Assembly: GCA_010909165.1 (NCBI GenBank)
Contig: MU008158.1
Coordinates: forward strand, 1,823,478-1,887,477
DNA from: Anthoceros angustus
Taxonomy: Eukaryota > Plantae > Anthocerotophyta
Length of the DNA: 64,000 bases
Reading direction: 5' to 3'
Shown here: piece after piece, positions 62,730-64,000 of the stretch
Layout: each line of letters opens with the position of its first letter
How positions within the stretch are numbered: the first letter of the stretch is position 1
Notes under the pieces: model-generated
Database searches by the model: none
Seen by the model: the letters and a program-made list of their open reading frames with translations, nothing else
Told to the model about the DNA's origin: nothing
Program-made: the position numbers and the translations under genes

Positions 62730-64000
62730 GCTTTTTATCTTTTTCAACTTTTCACCTTTCTACCTTATTTCACCAGTGCCGTTACTCTCTCCCCCACTGG
62801 GAAGATGTCATTGTCCTCAATGACCTCTAGTGTAACGCGAGATCATCCATGATCCTTGTTGCACATCTTCAAGTGAAACCCAGACAGGATCTGCATAACC
62901 ACGAAGCCTTACCAGATACTCTGGTACATTACCACGGACAATAGGCGCTTCTCTCTCTGCCAGGAATTCAACAATCTCCCGCAGACCATGATTGTATTGA
63001 ACCAGGATGACATAATCCTTCCTGTTCATATCTTCATTCTCTTTCGAAATCACAAATGGTTTCAGCAAAGAGACATGAAAGGTGCATTAGTGAGTCCAAA
63101 TGGCATGACAAGGAACTCAAAAGATCCACACCTTGTTCTACAAGCAGTCTTGTATTCATGTCCTTCTACGATGCGAATCTGGTAATAGCCTGCCATTAGA
63201 TCCAGCTTGGTGAAATACTTAGCACCTCTCAATCTGTCAAACAAGTCATCCATCCTTGGTAAAGGATAAGAATTCTTCATCATTATCCGATTGAGTGCTG
63301 TAATCCAAGCATAATCTCAATCCTCCATTCTTCTGCGTGAACAACAGGCGCACCAAATGGGGACTTTGAGATTCTCACATAGCCCTTGGCTGTTAGACAT
63401 CTGTCTCTTGCCTCTTGTAGCTCATCCTGCGATAATCTATATGGCGCTCTTAAAGGCGGTGTACTTCCTGGCTTGAGATCAATCTCATGATCTACAATTC
63501 TTGTAGGAGGTAAAGGAGGCAACTCATCGGCATCAAGTCCTTGAACTCATTCAAGAGCACTTCCTTGAATCACGCCCCGAGACTCCATCTCAAGACCATC
63601 TTCTAGTCCTTGCAAGACAAGTAAAAAGAGTTCCTCTCCATCCTTTACACAACATTTGAGCTCTTTCTTAGAGATGATATCATCAATGTTGTCTCCAAGC
63701 CTCGCTTGAGAACGCACAACTCACTTTGTGCTCTTCATCTCCTAAGATCTCGTATGGTGAGTCCACGCTCACACATACCTTGTTGGCCTTCATCCATTCT
63801 AAGCCCAAGATGATTTCATGATCATCCATATCTACAACCGTGAAGCTCACCGCCCATTCCAATTCCCTATCTCGCACTTTGCAATTCACCTTGTGTTGCA
63901 AAGATTCCTTTAGCTTGTTTCACTCTACATGGCTCGATGTACTAGCCCATGTCAAACCAAGCTTGCTTGCCTTGCTAGGAGAAATGAAATTATGTGTTGC
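62730..64000 (-). mobile_element. Internally deleted Ty3/Gypsy chromovirus: protease-RT start joined to chromodomain, PPT, start of 3' LTR
   Basis: ATHNFIS..DMDDHEIILGLEWM (protease), [62 protein letters not shown] (RT), then 'EIVEFLAER..EYLVRLRGYADPVWV' (chromodomain), PPT-like AGTGGGGGAGAGA (~62786-62798) and LTR start GTAAC. Confidence 0.85.

Overview
Eukaryotic, non-seed land-plant nuclear DNA. A hornwort is my best inference, from PLS-class PPR genes with a 'PGQSWW' (WW-type) box and compact ~85-115 bp introns. A gene island at ~29.5-46.7 kb holds two head-to-head PLS-PPR genes, several PPR remnants, a 7-exon GMC-oxidoreductase/alpha-beta-hydrolase fusion and an intronless AT-rich GDSL lipase. 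Nested, degenerate mobile elements surround it. The main discovery is a 9,591-bp DNA transposon at 53139-62729 with perfect 33-bp TIRs and a 4-bp TSD (GCTT). It encodes a Sola/DUF7869-like DDE transposase and, divergently, a cargo gene with a ParB/Srx-like 'GGNH' motif and a prokaryote-type beta-class N4-cytosine/N6-adenine DNA methyltransferase domain. It is studded with a conserved GCCGGCATGCCGGC palindrome. A diverged second copy lies in opposite orientation at ~5.4-15.7 kb, and both copies sit inside retrotransposon LTRs. Separately, a Gypsy-like retroelement remnant (0.8-4.5 kb) carries a C5-cytosine methyltransferase between its protease and RT start. All element ORFs are frameshifted; some of this may be uncorrected long-read error. 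All family assignments come from motifs read by eye, not from database searches.
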